Below, one piece after another: positions 1 through 9,397 of a stretch of 64,000 nt of DNA. The DNA is from a virus (taxonomy: Duplodnaviria; Caudoviricetes). The notes beneath the pieces are model-generated. The model had not been told where the DNA came from. It made no database searches and saw only the letters and a list, made by a program, of their open reading frames with translations. The number at the start of each line of letters is the position of its first letter. The first letter of the stretch is position 1. The translations under genes were made by a program, and so were the position numbers. Where the stretch lies: the IMG/VR virus record IMGVR_UViG_3300022752_000014; one strand, given 5' to 3'.

Positions 1-954
1 AAGAGACTTTCTGAGTCCTTGGGTTATAATTTAAAAAATGTAGAATGTCCTTGGAGAAATCCACTAGAAAACTATATTTTTGAAGGACAAGATTCTTTTG
101 ATTTTGCGGCAAATGCTCAGAAAGCTTATGAAACAATGTTCTTGGAAATTTTTGATCGATTGATTGTAGAGTATCCAATTAAAAATATTTGCTTAACTGG
201 TGGTGGTGCTCTGAATGTTCTTCTTAATCAAAGAATTAAAGATACCTATGATTTAAATCTCTTTGTATCTCCAAATCCAAATGATTGTGGTCTCTCTTTA
301 GGTGCATCATTTTTAACTAAAACTCCAACAGAAAAAATTAATATCTCTTATAATGGCATTCCTTTGATTGACGAAGAAAAAGCAAACGATTTATTGAATG
401 GTAGAAAAACATCGAGTCTGGATTTAGACTATGTTTGCAAACTTTTAAAGAGTGGAAAAATTATAGGAGTATGTAGAGGTGATTCTGAGGTTGGACCTAG
501 GGCACTTGGAAATAGATCAATTATTTGCGATCCTTCTTTTAAAGATATGAAGGATATTTTGAATGCAAAAGTAAAGTTTAGAGAATGGTTTAGACCCTTC
601 GCTCCTTTCTGTCTAAAGGGTGAAGCGCATCTGTATTTTGATAGCAAAGACTTTGATAATATGGAGTTTATGAGCTATGCTCCATTAGTAAAAGAAGAAA
701 TTCAAAATCGTCTTCCTTCAATCACTCACGTTGATGGTAGTTCAAGATTGCAAACCGTCACAGAAGAATCTCATAAATTTTTCTATGACCTGTTGAAAAC
801 CTATTCTAATTATTCTGATATCAATGTTCTTCTAAACACATCATTTAACATTCGTGGTAATCCAATTTTAACTACGATTGAAGATGCATTATATGTTTTG
901 GACAACACTGAATTAGACTGTGTAATCATTAATGACGTTTTAGTAGAAAAATGA
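1..954 (+). CDS. Carbamoyltransferase (NodU/CmcH/TobZ family), C-terminal part; 5'-truncated by the window edge
   Basis: Frame is open from base 1. Motifs GGGALN, GDSEVGPRALGNRSI, REWFRPFAP, THVDGSSRLQTV and LLNTSFN are typical of the carbamoyltransferase C-domain. Confidence 0.9.
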   Translation, partial: KRLSESLGYNLKNVECPWRNPLENYIFEGQDSFDFAANAQKAYETMFLEIFDRLIVEYPIKNICLTGGGALNVLLNQRIKDTYDLNLFVSPNPNDCGLSLGASFLTKTPTEKINISYNGIPLIDEEKANDLLNGRKTSSLDLDYVCKLLKSGKIIGVCRGDSEVGPRALGNRSIICDPSFKDMKDILNAKVKFREWFRPFAPFCLKGEAHLYFDSKDFDNMEFMSYAPLVKEEIQNRLPSITHVDGSSRLQTVTEESHKFFYDLLKTYSNYSDINVLLNTSFNIRGNPILTTIEDALYVLDNTELDCVIINDVLVEK

Positions 955-1913
955 AAGTAATTATTTGGGGATACCCCCTATATTCTCACACTCACTCATA
1001 TATTCACAATGCATTTTATAATGCGTTTAAATATATGGGATATGAAACTTATTGGTTTCATGATAATGAATATCCAGATGATTTTGATTGGGATGATTGT
1101 GTATTTTGGACGGAAGGATTTGCGGATAAAAATATTCCACTGAACAAAAACAGTTCTTATTTTGTCCATGTATGTCCAGATCCTGCAAAATATATTAATG
1201 CTGGCGTTAAAAAATTTATTGACGTTAGACCTAATGGCATTTGGCAAAAGGATCATGTTTATGATTTTACTTTAGATAAGTCAAAAGTAGAAAAACTAGG
1301 TCCTTGTGCTTATCATATTCCAAAACAAAATAAAAAAACCGAAGTAAAAAATCATTATCATTCTTATACTATTGATGATTATGATATTATTCATCTTTCT
1401 TGGGCTGCAAATGCTTTGCCCAATGAGTTTAATTTAGATGATGTTTATTATCCACGCCTTAATAAAATTTGGTACAGTGGAACTATTTCGAATTTTGGAG
1501 TTTGTGAAAATTACTCTAATTTTGCTCCTTTTATTGAGGAGTGTTATAGAAATAATATTGAATTTGTTTGTAATGACCCCTGGCAAAATCCTTTAACAGA
1601 GGAACAAGTCAAAAAAAGAACTATGAATTCTATTCTTGGAATTGATATTAGGGGACCAGAACTTTTAAAAAATGGTTATATCCCTTGCAGGGTATTTAAA
1701 TCTATAAGTTGGGGTCATCTTGGAATTACAAATTCCGAAGAAACGAATAAAGAACTGGAAGGACATGTTCTTTTTCAACCAGATCCAAGACAGTTATTTT
1801 ATGATGCTATGGAAAAAAGATTAGACTATGATTTTATCAGGCAGTCTATGCTGTATGTACAAGAAAATCATACTTATGTGAATCGCATCAAAGCTATTAT
1901 GAGCATTTTATAG
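951..1913 (+). CDS. Putative glycosyltransferase (GT-B/CgeB-like)
   Basis: ATGA overlap with the upstream gene. C-terminal GYIPCRVFKSISWGHLGITNS...HTYVNR resembles the CgeB/glyco_trans_1_2 region; glycan-operon context. Confidence 0.6.
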   Translation: MKVIIWGYPLYSHTHSYIHNAFYNAFKYMGYETYWFHDNEYPDDFDWDDCVFWTEGFADKNIPLNKNSSYFVHVCPDPAKYINAGVKKFIDVRPNGIWQKDHVYDFTLDKSKVEKLGPCAYHIPKQNKKTEVKNHYHSYTIDDYDIIHLSWAANALPNEFNLDDVYYPRLNKIWYSGTISNFGVCENYSNFAPFIEECYRNNIEFVCNDPWQNPLTEEQVKKRTMNSILGIDIRGPELLKNGYIPCRVFKSISWGHLGITNSEETNKELEGHVLFQPDPRQLFYDAMEKRLDYDFIRQSMLYVQENHTYVNRIKAIMSIL

Positions 1914-1914
1914 T

Positions 1915-2841
1915 ATGAACACTGTAGTATTTGTCAATCATAATGTTGTAAATTGTGGTGTTTATCAGTATGGAAAGAGGGTTTTTGATATATCTCAGAA
2001 ATCAAAAATATATGATTTCCAATATGTAGAAGTAACTTGTGTCGAAGATTTACTTACTTTTATACAAGATAAAAAACCAAGTATAATTTTTTATAATTAT
2101 CTTCCAACTACAATGCCATGGTTTAATGATTCAATTTTTAATCAAATTAAATCATTAGGAATAAAACAGGGTAATATAGTTCATAATTGTCAATACGGAA
2201 ATTTTGATTTTTATTTACATCAAGATCCATATTATAAGAATAGTGAAAACAATTTTGCACTCTTGAGACCACTTTTTGAATATGTCCCTAAGAATGACTT
2301 GAAAAAAAGTGATACCATTCAAATTGGTACATTTGGATTTGGTGGTCAACATAAATTTGTTCCTGAGATTTGTAGATTGGTATCTGAAGAGTTTATTGAT
2401 ACGCCAGTAACATTAAATTTGCACGTCACTGAAGGATTTTATTCTGGAAATATTTTTGAAGAAGTAAAAAATGATTGTCTTAATAATTTAAGTAATAAAA
2501 ATATTAATTTAAATATTACAAATAATTTTTTAACTACCGAAGATCTTTTAAATTTTTTATATCAAAATGATTTAAATATTTTCTTTTATGAAAATTATCC
2601 ATTTTATAATGGAATATCTTCTTCGATTGATTATGCTCTTTCTGTAAAAAAACCAATTGCAATTTGTAGAAGTAATATGTTTTCTCACATCATAGATGTG
2701 ACTCCTTCAATATGTGTAGAAGATACTGATTTGGTCGATATTATGAATAATGGATTTTTACCATTACAAGAAAAGTACGATTCTTGGTCCCATAAAAACT
2801 TCATAGATAACATAGAAATGATCGTTGAAAAATTATTATGA
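1915..2841 (+). CDS. Putative glycosyltransferase-like protein
   Basis: IGTFGFG, DLNIFFY and GISSSIDYALSVKKPI resemble a GT-B C-domain; operon context. Confidence 0.5.
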   Translation: MNTVVFVNHNVVNCGVYQYGKRVFDISQKSKIYDFQYVEVTCVEDLLTFIQDKKPSIIFYNYLPTTMPWFNDSIFNQIKSLGIKQGNIVHNCQYGNFDFYLHQDPYYKNSENNFALLRPLFEYVPKNDLKKSDTIQIGTFGFGGQHKFVPEICRLVSEEFIDTPVTLNLHVTEGFYSGNIFEEVKNDCLNNLSNKNINLNITNNFLTTEDLLNFLYQNDLNIFFYENYPFYNGISSSIDYALSVKKPIAICRSNMFSHIIDVTPSICVEDTDLVDIMNNGFLPLQEKYDSWSHKNFIDNIEMIVEKLL

Positions 2842-3572
2842 TCTTGGCAGCATTTCATTCAGCATACAAAAATAAAAGAGCAACAGAAGAGGCAATTAAA
2901 AATTTTCGTAAATTTAACGATGGTCCATATTTTTTGGTATCGGATGGTGGCGATGATTTTTCCGATATTGCTGAAAAATATAATTGCTTTTACCATCATT
3001 CAGATTGGAATTTAAAATTAAGGGATCATAATGATCCATCTGGAATATATGGCAACACAAAAGAAGAAACTTTAGAGTGGTTGCGTAGATTTCATCTGGC
3101 ATGTGCATTTGAGAAATCTGATCATATTATGATGATGGAAGATGATGTCCTGATTAAAGGTAACATATCAGTAGAAAATGATGTAGAATTTAGTGGTTTG
3201 GGGGGTCCTGGTAATCGTGTTCATCAAGAATTAATTGATTATTTGACCGAAAAGTATGACGCAAAATTTTATAATAATTGGTATGCTCTTTCTGGTGGAG
3301 CAATTTTTAAAACAGAAACTTTTATTGAAAATTATGATAGAATAGTTAATATCTTGGATTTAGAATTTGATTTCATCAAATCAAATTTGATGAAAAGTAT
3401 TGGTTGTATAGATGTTTGGATGACAGTATACTATGCTCTTTGCAAAAAAAATTATACTGTAAATCCTTATATTACAGAAACTACAACTAATATGAATTGG
3501 AGAGATCCTTCTTACGCAATTGTGCATCAATATAAAGAACACTATGAACACCTTGGATACTTTTATGAATAA
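2838..3572 (+). CDS. Putative GT-A glycosyltransferase
   Basis: FLVSDGGDD and a DXD-like MMMEDDVL motif; ATGA overlap with the upstream gene. Confidence 0.55.
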   Translation: MILAAFHSAYKNKRATEEAIKNFRKFNDGPYFLVSDGGDDFSDIAEKYNCFYHHSDWNLKLRDHNDPSGIYGNTKEETLEWLRRFHLACAFEKSDHIMMMEDDVLIKGNISVENDVEFSGLGGPGNRVHQELIDYLTEKYDAKFYNNWYALSGGAIFKTETFIENYDRIVNILDLEFDFIKSNLMKSIGCIDVWMTVYYALCKKNYTVNPYITETTTNMNWRDPSYAIVHQYKEHYEHLGYFYE

Positions 3573-4374
3573 AGATTTTGCTATTGTATCTGCTCTCTTT
3601 AATATCGAAAGAGAGGGAATGGATGGAAGAACCTGGCAAGAATATCTTAATTGGTTTGAAATTACTCTTAAATTAAAATGTCCTATGATCTTCTTTGTTA
3701 CTGAAGATCTTGAATCATTCATTTTAGAAAGACGAGGAGATCTTCCTACTGAAGTAATTGTACAAACTATTGATGATATTCCATATTACCATCTTAAAGA
3801 ACAAATTGATGAAATTATTTCATCAGAACAATATAAAACTACAATTGCTGACCCAAATAGAATTGAGTGCCAGCATTCGTTGTATTCTATTATCCAATAC
3901 TCTAAGTTTAAGTGGTTGACGGCAGCTGTTGAAAAAAATCCATTTAGTAGTAAGTTTTTCTTCTGGGTTGATGCTGGAGGATCTAGATTCTTTGATGATT
4001 ATGATTTAGATCTCTCTTATCCAAGTCCAAATGCAATGGAAGCTCTGAATGATATGGGTGATAAATTCCTTGTTCAAATGAATATGGAATATTATAAGGA
4101 TCTTGCTAATGCATCTATTCTTCCTAAGAGTTATCTTCTTGATAATAGATCTTATGTTCTTGGATCTATGTTTGGTGGAGGTGTAGAGTCAATTAAAAAA
4201 GTTGCAACAGACATTGAAGATATTTTCTTGAATAAAATGATCGCAGAGAACTTTGTAAATAATGAACAAATTGCTCTAGGTTATCTCGTAAAATTGTACC
4301 CCAATGATTATGAGATTTATGAGCGTTATAATGGTAAACACGCTGCTTTATTTGAGGAGTTGGGTAAGCGATGA
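3565..4374 (+). CDS. HtrL/YibB (WlaTC-like) family protein, putative glycosyltransferase
   Basis: IVSALFNIER, YSIIQYSKFKWL, FFWVDAG and NNEQI match the HtrL/YibB pattern. Start placed at ATG 3565, overlapping the previous stop. Confidence 0.65.
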   Translation: MNKDFAIVSALFNIEREGMDGRTWQEYLNWFEITLKLKCPMIFFVTEDLESFILERRGDLPTEVIVQTIDDIPYYHLKEQIDEIISSEQYKTTIADPNRIECQHSLYSIIQYSKFKWLTAAVEKNPFSSKFFFWVDAGGSRFFDDYDLDLSYPSPNAMEALNDMGDKFLVQMNMEYYKDLANASILPKSYLLDNRSYVLGSMFGGGVESIKKVATDIEDIFLNKMIAENFVNNEQIALGYLVKLYPNDYEIYERYNGKHAALFEELGKR

Positions 4375-5315
4375 AGATTACTTTAGTTGGTCCTGGCATT
4401 ATGCCTATCCCTCCCACTGGATGGGGAGCAGTTGAAATTTTAATTTGGGATACTAGAAATGCTCTAAAAAAATTAGGACACGAAGTTCAGATTGTAAACA
4501 CTAGAGATCCTAATCAAATCATTAATGAAATAAACGCCTTTAGACCTGATTTCGTACATGTACATTATGACGAATTTATAGGTGTCTATCCATACATTCA
4601 ATATCCAAAAGTAATTACAAGTCACTTCGGGTATTTGGAAAGACCAGAAATGTTCGGTGGATATGCAAATATTGCCAATGCATTTGCTCAGATCAAACCA
4701 AATATTTTTTGTTTATCTGATGGGATTAAGAACATCTATAAAATTTTGATGAATATTCCAGACGAAAAACTTTTTGTTACCCCTAATGGAGTTAACTGCG
4801 AAGCATTTAGATACGCTGAGACTCCCGCTTATCCTGATCGATCAATTTATCTTGCAAAGATTGATTATAGAAAAAGACAGCATTTGTTTCAATCAATTGA
4901 TAGTCTTTGGTTTGCTGGTAATAATGCAGACAGTAGGTTTAATACTTCTAAAAATTATCTTGGTGAATGGGATAAACCAACTTTGCACGACCAGTTAACT
5001 GAATATGGAAATCTTGTTCTACTAAGCGATGGTGAAGCACATCCTCTGGTGTGTATGGAGGCTCTATCTGCAGGACTTGGCGTTGTTGTTACTGAATGGG
5101 GAAAGGCAAACTTAGATCAGTCGAAGGAATTTATTACAATCATTCCTGAAGACAAGGTAGAGGACATTTCATACGTTGAAGAAAAAATTATAGAGAATAG
5201 AAATTATTCTGTACAAAACAGAAAAGAAATTTTAGAGTATTCTAAAGAGTTTGATTGGGTAAATATCATTCAAAATTATTATCTACCAAATGTTGAAAAG
5301 GTGATTGCGTTATGA
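4371..5315 (+). CDS. Glycosyltransferase family 4 (GT-B)
   Basis: N-terminal GPGIMPIPPTGWGAVE, VTPNGV, and an E-x7-E-like SDGEAHPLVCMEALSAG. Confidence 0.8.
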   Translation: MKITLVGPGIMPIPPTGWGAVEILIWDTRNALKKLGHEVQIVNTRDPNQIINEINAFRPDFVHVHYDEFIGVYPYIQYPKVITSHFGYLERPEMFGGYANIANAFAQIKPNIFCLSDGIKNIYKILMNIPDEKLFVTPNGVNCEAFRYAETPAYPDRSIYLAKIDYRKRQHLFQSIDSLWFAGNNADSRFNTSKNYLGEWDKPTLHDQLTEYGNLVLLSDGEAHPLVCMEALSAGLGVVVTEWGKANLDQSKEFITIIPEDKVEDISYVEEKIIENRNYSVQNRKEILEYSKEFDWVNIIQNYYLPNVEKVIAL

Positions 5316-6103
5316 TTGGTTTTAATGCACTGGGACAACTTGGTAGACTTGGAAATCAAATGTTCCAATTTGCCGCACTCAAAGGTATTGCTAGGAATAG
5401 AGGATTTGAGTATTGTATTCCACCAACAAAAAATCAAAATGAATGGACGGACCATCAATTATTCAATCCTTTTAAACTTTCTAATACCACACAGTTAAAC
5501 GTTCAGTTTATTGATGCTGATCGTCCTATAGTGGTAGAAGGTAGTTTTTCTTTTGATGAAAAACTGTTTAGTGGATGTCCAGATTGGGTTTCTATTCAAG
5601 GATACTTTCAAACAGAAAAGTATTTCGAACATATCAAAGATGAAATCAAAGGAGATTTTTCTTTCAAGGATGAAATCTTTGAACCTTGTAATGAAATGTT
5701 ATCTGAACTAGACTCCCCTATTTCGTTACATATTCGTAGAACAGATTATGTCACTAATCCAAATCATACTGCTCTTGGACTTGATTATTATGAAAAGGCA
5801 TTAAAAGAGTTTGATAAAGCATCAACAGTTCTTGTTTTCTCCGATGATCCAGAATGGTGTAACCAACAAGACATTTTTTCTGAAGATCGATTCTTGATTG
5901 CTGAAGGAAATTCAAATTATGTTGACCTTTGCTTAATGACTCTTTGCTCTAAGCATATTATTGCCAACAGTTCTTTTAGTTGGTGGGGGGCGTGGTTATC
6001 TGAACAAGAAAAAGTAGTTGCTCCCTCTGGTTGGTTTAAAGGTTCAAATAATGAACACCTAGATACTAAAGATATAATTCCTGAAGATTGGATGGTTATT
6101 TGA
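5312..6103 (+). CDS. Alpha-1,2-fucosyltransferase (GT11)
   Basis: GRLGNQMFQFA, GYFQTEKYF, SLHIRRTDY, FSDDPEWC and IIANSSFSWWGAWL are GT11 hallmarks. Confidence 0.92.
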   Translation: MIGFNALGQLGRLGNQMFQFAALKGIARNRGFEYCIPPTKNQNEWTDHQLFNPFKLSNTTQLNVQFIDADRPIVVEGSFSFDEKLFSGCPDWVSIQGYFQTEKYFEHIKDEIKGDFSFKDEIFEPCNEMLSELDSPISLHIRRTDYVTNPNHTALGLDYYEKALKEFDKASTVLVFSDDPEWCNQQDIFSEDRFLIAEGNSNYVDLCLMTLCSKHIIANSSFSWWGAWLSEQEKVVAPSGWFKGSNNEHLDTKDIIPEDWMVI

Positions 6104-6822
6104 TGAAAGTTGCTATTTGTTTTATAGGTACGGGAGAGTATTTAAACTTTCTTCCAAACTATTATGAAAACCTTGAAAAGTATTTTTTGCCAAATACAGA
6201 AAAAACTATTTTGGTTTTCACTGATGGAGAGTTGAATGAAACTCCAGATAATTTAATTCCTTATTATCAAGAACATTTGGAGTGGCCTTATATTACACTG
6301 ACTCGTTTTGAAATTATTCAAAAAGCAAAAGACATCATTTCACAAAACGATTGGTTTGTTTTTATTGATGCTGATGCTTTAGTTGTTGACACAATTACAG
6401 AGGAAGACTTCTTTGATAGTACAAAGTCTTTCTTTGGAGTGCATCATCCTTGCCATTATCTTCAAATGCCACCTCACGATCAACTACCAGGTGCATTTGA
6501 AATCAATCCACTTTCAAGAGCGTGTATAACTGATAATGATGATACTTCTGTTTATTATCAGGGATGTTTATGGGGAGGAAAAGTTCCCGAAGTTCTTGAT
6601 ATGATTGGTGAGTTAGAGGATAGAGTTAAAAAAGATTTGGATGACAATGTAATTGCAGTTTGGCACGACGAAAGTCATCTCAATAAATTTTTCATTGAAA
6701 ATAAAAAAGAGGTTCATCTATTAGGACCTTCGTTTGCATATCCAGAAGTCTTTGAAACATATTGCAATTTTGAACCAAAGATAGTACACTTAGCGAAAAA
6801 CAATTCAAAATACCATGTTTGA
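6103..6822 (+). CDS. Glycosyltransferase family 6 (ABO-like alpha-1,3-Gal/GalNAc transferase)
   Basis: ICFIGTGEY, ILVFTD, FIDAD, YYQGCLWGG, AVWHDESHLNKFF and C-terminal HLAKN. TGATG coupling to the GT11 gene. Confidence 0.88.
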   Translation: MKVAICFIGTGEYLNFLPNYYENLEKYFLPNTEKTILVFTDGELNETPDNLIPYYQEHLEWPYITLTRFEIIQKAKDIISQNDWFVFIDADALVVDTITEEDFFDSTKSFFGVHHPCHYLQMPPHDQLPGAFEINPLSRACITDNDDTSVYYQGCLWGGKVPEVLDMIGELEDRVKKDLDDNVIAVWHDESHLNKFFIENKKEVHLLGPSFAYPEVFETYCNFEPKIVHLAKNNSKYHV

Positions 6823-7630
6823 TCTTAATGATAAGAATAAATCAACATATAAACTAAAAGGAATTGGACCAATCTATTATTTGAATCTTGATGGTCAACC
6901 TGATAGGAAAGAGTATATGGAATCCCAGTTCAAATACTGGGAGATAGAAAATTATACTCGTATTTCTGCGTATGATGGTCGTGAAGATGATCTAAGTGAT
7001 ATTATCTCTGGAAGATATCCTGAGATGATGACCTCTGGTGAGATTGGATGTATTACGTCTCATCTCAAAGCAATCAAGCATTGGTATGAAACTTCCGATA
7101 GTCAATATGCAATTATGATGGAAGATGATTGTAGTTTAGACTTAGTGAGATATTGGAATTTTACCTGGCAAGATTTTTATGCAAACATTCCTTATGATTG
7201 GGATATTGTACAAATTGCTATTATTTGTACAGGAGATATTCACGTTAAACTTCATAAGAGATTTGTAAATGATTTTTCAACGGCTTGCTATCTAATTAAT
7301 CGACATCACGCCGAAAAACTTCTAAAGCATCACGTAAGAGGAGAAAAATATAAACTTGATAATGGCGTAAAACCACGTCCAGTAGCAGATGATTTAATCT
7401 ATAATTCTGGTAATACTTACTCTATTCCTCTTCTTCTTTATAGAACGGAACTTGGTTCCAGTATTCACCCAGAGCACGTAGATGCTTTTCATAAAGGCAA
7501 CTACCAAGCACAATCTCAGTTCTGGGAACAGAATGGAGCAACCATTGATATCAAAGACTATATGAACTATGATCCGTACCTTGGTCGGATAACCGAAAAT
7601 TCAATGCACCAACAACAAGAAAATTCTTAA
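6815..7630 (+). CDS. Glycosyltransferase family 25 (Lex2B/LgtB-like)
   Basis: YYLNLD, RISAYDG, GEIGCITSHL, MMEDD and STACYLIN. Confidence 0.85.
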   Translation: MFDLNDKNKSTYKLKGIGPIYYLNLDGQPDRKEYMESQFKYWEIENYTRISAYDGREDDLSDIISGRYPEMMTSGEIGCITSHLKAIKHWYETSDSQYAIMMEDDCSLDLVRYWNFTWQDFYANIPYDWDIVQIAIICTGDIHVKLHKRFVNDFSTACYLINRHHAEKLLKHHVRGEKYKLDNGVKPRPVADDLIYNSGNTYSIPLLLYRTELGSSIHPEHVDAFHKGNYQAQSQFWEQNGATIDIKDYMNYDPYLGRITENSMHQQQENS

Positions 7631-7644
7631 CCAAATCTTAATTG
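7626..7644 (+). promoter_or_regulatory. Candidate cyanobacterial Pho box (two YTTAAYYW-like half-sites, 11-bp period)
   Basis: CTTAACCA at 7626 and CTTAATTG at 7637, overlapping the porin -35. Confidence 0.5.
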
Positions 7645-7671
7645 ACACATCTGATACGGTTATGCTATGAT
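7642..7671 (+). promoter_or_regulatory. Sigma70-type promoter for the porin
   Basis: TTGACA (7642-7647), 18 bp, TATGAT (7666-7671) with a TG extension. A late-type TAAATA follows at 7714-7719. Confidence 0.65.
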
Positions 7672-7773
7672 ACCGTTAACTTAATAGTCTTTTAAGATTT
7701 GATTAAGTCCCTCTAAATACTGAGGTTTTATCCAAAACCACATTTGTCGTTTAGTACAAAAACAAAAACTTTT

Positions 7774-9279
7774 ATGAAACTCAAACAACTGATGCTTGCA
7801 CCTGTTGCTCTGGGAATGGTTGCTCCTGTTGCTGCGAATGCGGCAGATCTTAATATGGCTGCAGTCAACCAATATGTTTCCTCAGAACAAGCTACAAGCG
7901 TCACACAATTTACAGATGTCAAGCCTGGTGATTGGGCATATCAAGCCCTAGGCAATCTTATTGAAAAGTATGGTTGCATTGCTGGACTCACCGACAGCAC
8001 TTTTGCTGGTGGTAAGACTCTGACTCGTTTTGAGGCAGCAGCACTTTTGAACTCCTGTCTTGAGCGTGTAACCGAAAACACTGATGAACTTAATCGTCTT
8101 GCTAACGATTTTGCCAAGGAACTAACTGTTCTCCGTGGGCAAATCGCTAAACTGGACAAGAAGATTGGTTCTGTTGAAGCACAACAGTTTTCCACTACCA
8201 CCAAACTCAAGGGCGAAGCAACCTTCGTTCTGGGTGGTGTAGAAGGTGCTCGTCTTGCTAACAATACTAACGTTGGCAACACTGCTTTCAACTATGATCT
8301 TCGTCTGAGTTTTGATACTTCCTTCACTGGTAAGGATCTGCTCAAGACCCGTCTGCGTACTGGCAACTTCTCCAGTCAACCCTTCGGTTCATCTTCTTCC
8401 CTGTTCAAACTGGACAAGGCAGAAACCTATGCAAATGCTTTCCAACTGGATCGCCTTTACTATCGTTTCCCCGCACTTGCCAAGGGCGTGAACCTGACTG
8501 CTGGTGCTATCGTTCGTAACACCGAAATGGCGTGGATGCCCACCGCATACAAGTCTGATATTCTAGACTTCTTTGCTGTTGCTGGTGCTCCTGGTGTTTA
8601 TAACAAGGCAACTGGTTCTGGTTTCGGCGTAGAGTGGACTCAACAAGTCAAGAAGGGCAAACCTGCTCTTACTGCTGCTCTGAACTATGTTGCTCAAAGT
8701 GGTGACAACTCTTCTAAGGGACAGTTTGATGAGACTGGTGCTCTGAACACTCTTGCTCAAGTTGGTTATCGTGCTCCTCAGTATGGTATTGCTTTCGGTT
8801 ACCGCTATGGCACTGAAGGAACCCGTGTTCGTAACTTCAATGCTATCGGTGGTGGTTCTGCTGCTCTTGTTGCTGGACAAACTTCTAGCAGCTATGCTAT
8901 CAACGCATACTGGCAACCTAAGAAGTCGGGTATCATTCCTTCTGTGAGTGGTTCCTACGGTTGGACTGATGTAAGTCTGAATGCTGCTGGTAAGCAAACT
9001 CCTACTGGTGCTACCAACTCTCAGACTTGGATGGCAGGTCTTCAGTGGAGTGATGTATTTGCCAAGGGTAATGCTGCTGGTTTTGCCATCGGTGCTCCTG
9101 GTAATGCTGCTTCCCTTGCAGATGATAAGAAGGCTCTCATGTGGGAAGCATTCTATCGTTACAAGGTCAGTGACAACATCAGTGTAACTCCTGCTGTGTT
9201 CTATGTTTCCAACAACCAAGGATTCAAGAATGCTTCGGACAACTACGGTGGTGTGATTCAGACGACTTTCCGTTTCTGA
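7774..9279 (+). CDS. som: Cyanobacterial Som/OprB-type outer-membrane porin with N-terminal SLH domain
   Basis: Signal peptide (APVAANA), SLH motif FTDVKPGDWAYQAL...TRFEAAA, coiled coil, FSTTTKLKGE barrel start and terminal TTFRF. Start at ATG 7774. Confidence 0.92.
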   Translation: MKLKQLMLAPVALGMVAPVAANAADLNMAAVNQYVSSEQATSVTQFTDVKPGDWAYQALGNLIEKYGCIAGLTDSTFAGGKTLTRFEAAALLNSCLERVTENTDELNRLANDFAKELTVLRGQIAKLDKKIGSVEAQQFSTTTKLKGEATFVLGGVEGARLANNTNVGNTAFNYDLRLSFDTSFTGKDLLKTRLRTGNFSSQPFGSSSSLFKLDKAETYANAFQLDRLYYRFPALAKGVNLTAGAIVRNTEMAWMPTAYKSDILDFFAVAGAPGVYNKATGSGFGVEWTQQVKKGKPALTAALNYVAQSGDNSSKGQFDETGALNTLAQVGYRAPQYGIAFGYRYGTEGTRVRNFNAIGGGSAALVAGQTSSSYAINAYWQPKKSGIIPSVSGSYGWTDVSLNAAGKQTPTGATNSQTWMAGLQWSDVFAKGNAAGFAIGAPGNAASLADDKKALMWEAFYRYKVSDNISVTPAVFYVSNNQGFKNASDNYGGVIQTTFRF

Positions 9280-9301
9280 TAGTATTCATCTGATACACTC
9301 T

Positions 9302-9325
9302 AACCACCCTTCGGGGTGGTTTTTT
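9302..9325 (+). terminator. Intrinsic terminator after the porin
   Basis: AACCACCC-TTCG-GGGTGGTT followed by a T run. Confidence 0.9.
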
Positions 9326-9340
9326 GAGTGTTTGGGGACA

Positions 9341-9373
9341 TTTAACCTCCTCTTAAATTTAATCAAGTACAAT
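9341..9373 (+). promoter_or_regulatory. Candidate Pho box plus -10 element (activator-dependent pstS promoter)
   Basis: TTTAACCT at 9341 and CTTAAATT at 9352 (11-bp period) sit where a -35 would be; TACAAT at 9368-9373. Confidence 0.6.
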
Positions 9374-9397
9374 TACTCAAGAAGTTTTTTAATTCTA

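Noticed and set aside
7728-9219. Long antisense and alternate-frame ORFs over the porin (also over psbA, prx, gp32 and fibre genes)
   Set aside because: These are shadow ORFs caused by biased codon use in genuine genes; they have no motifs or RBS.
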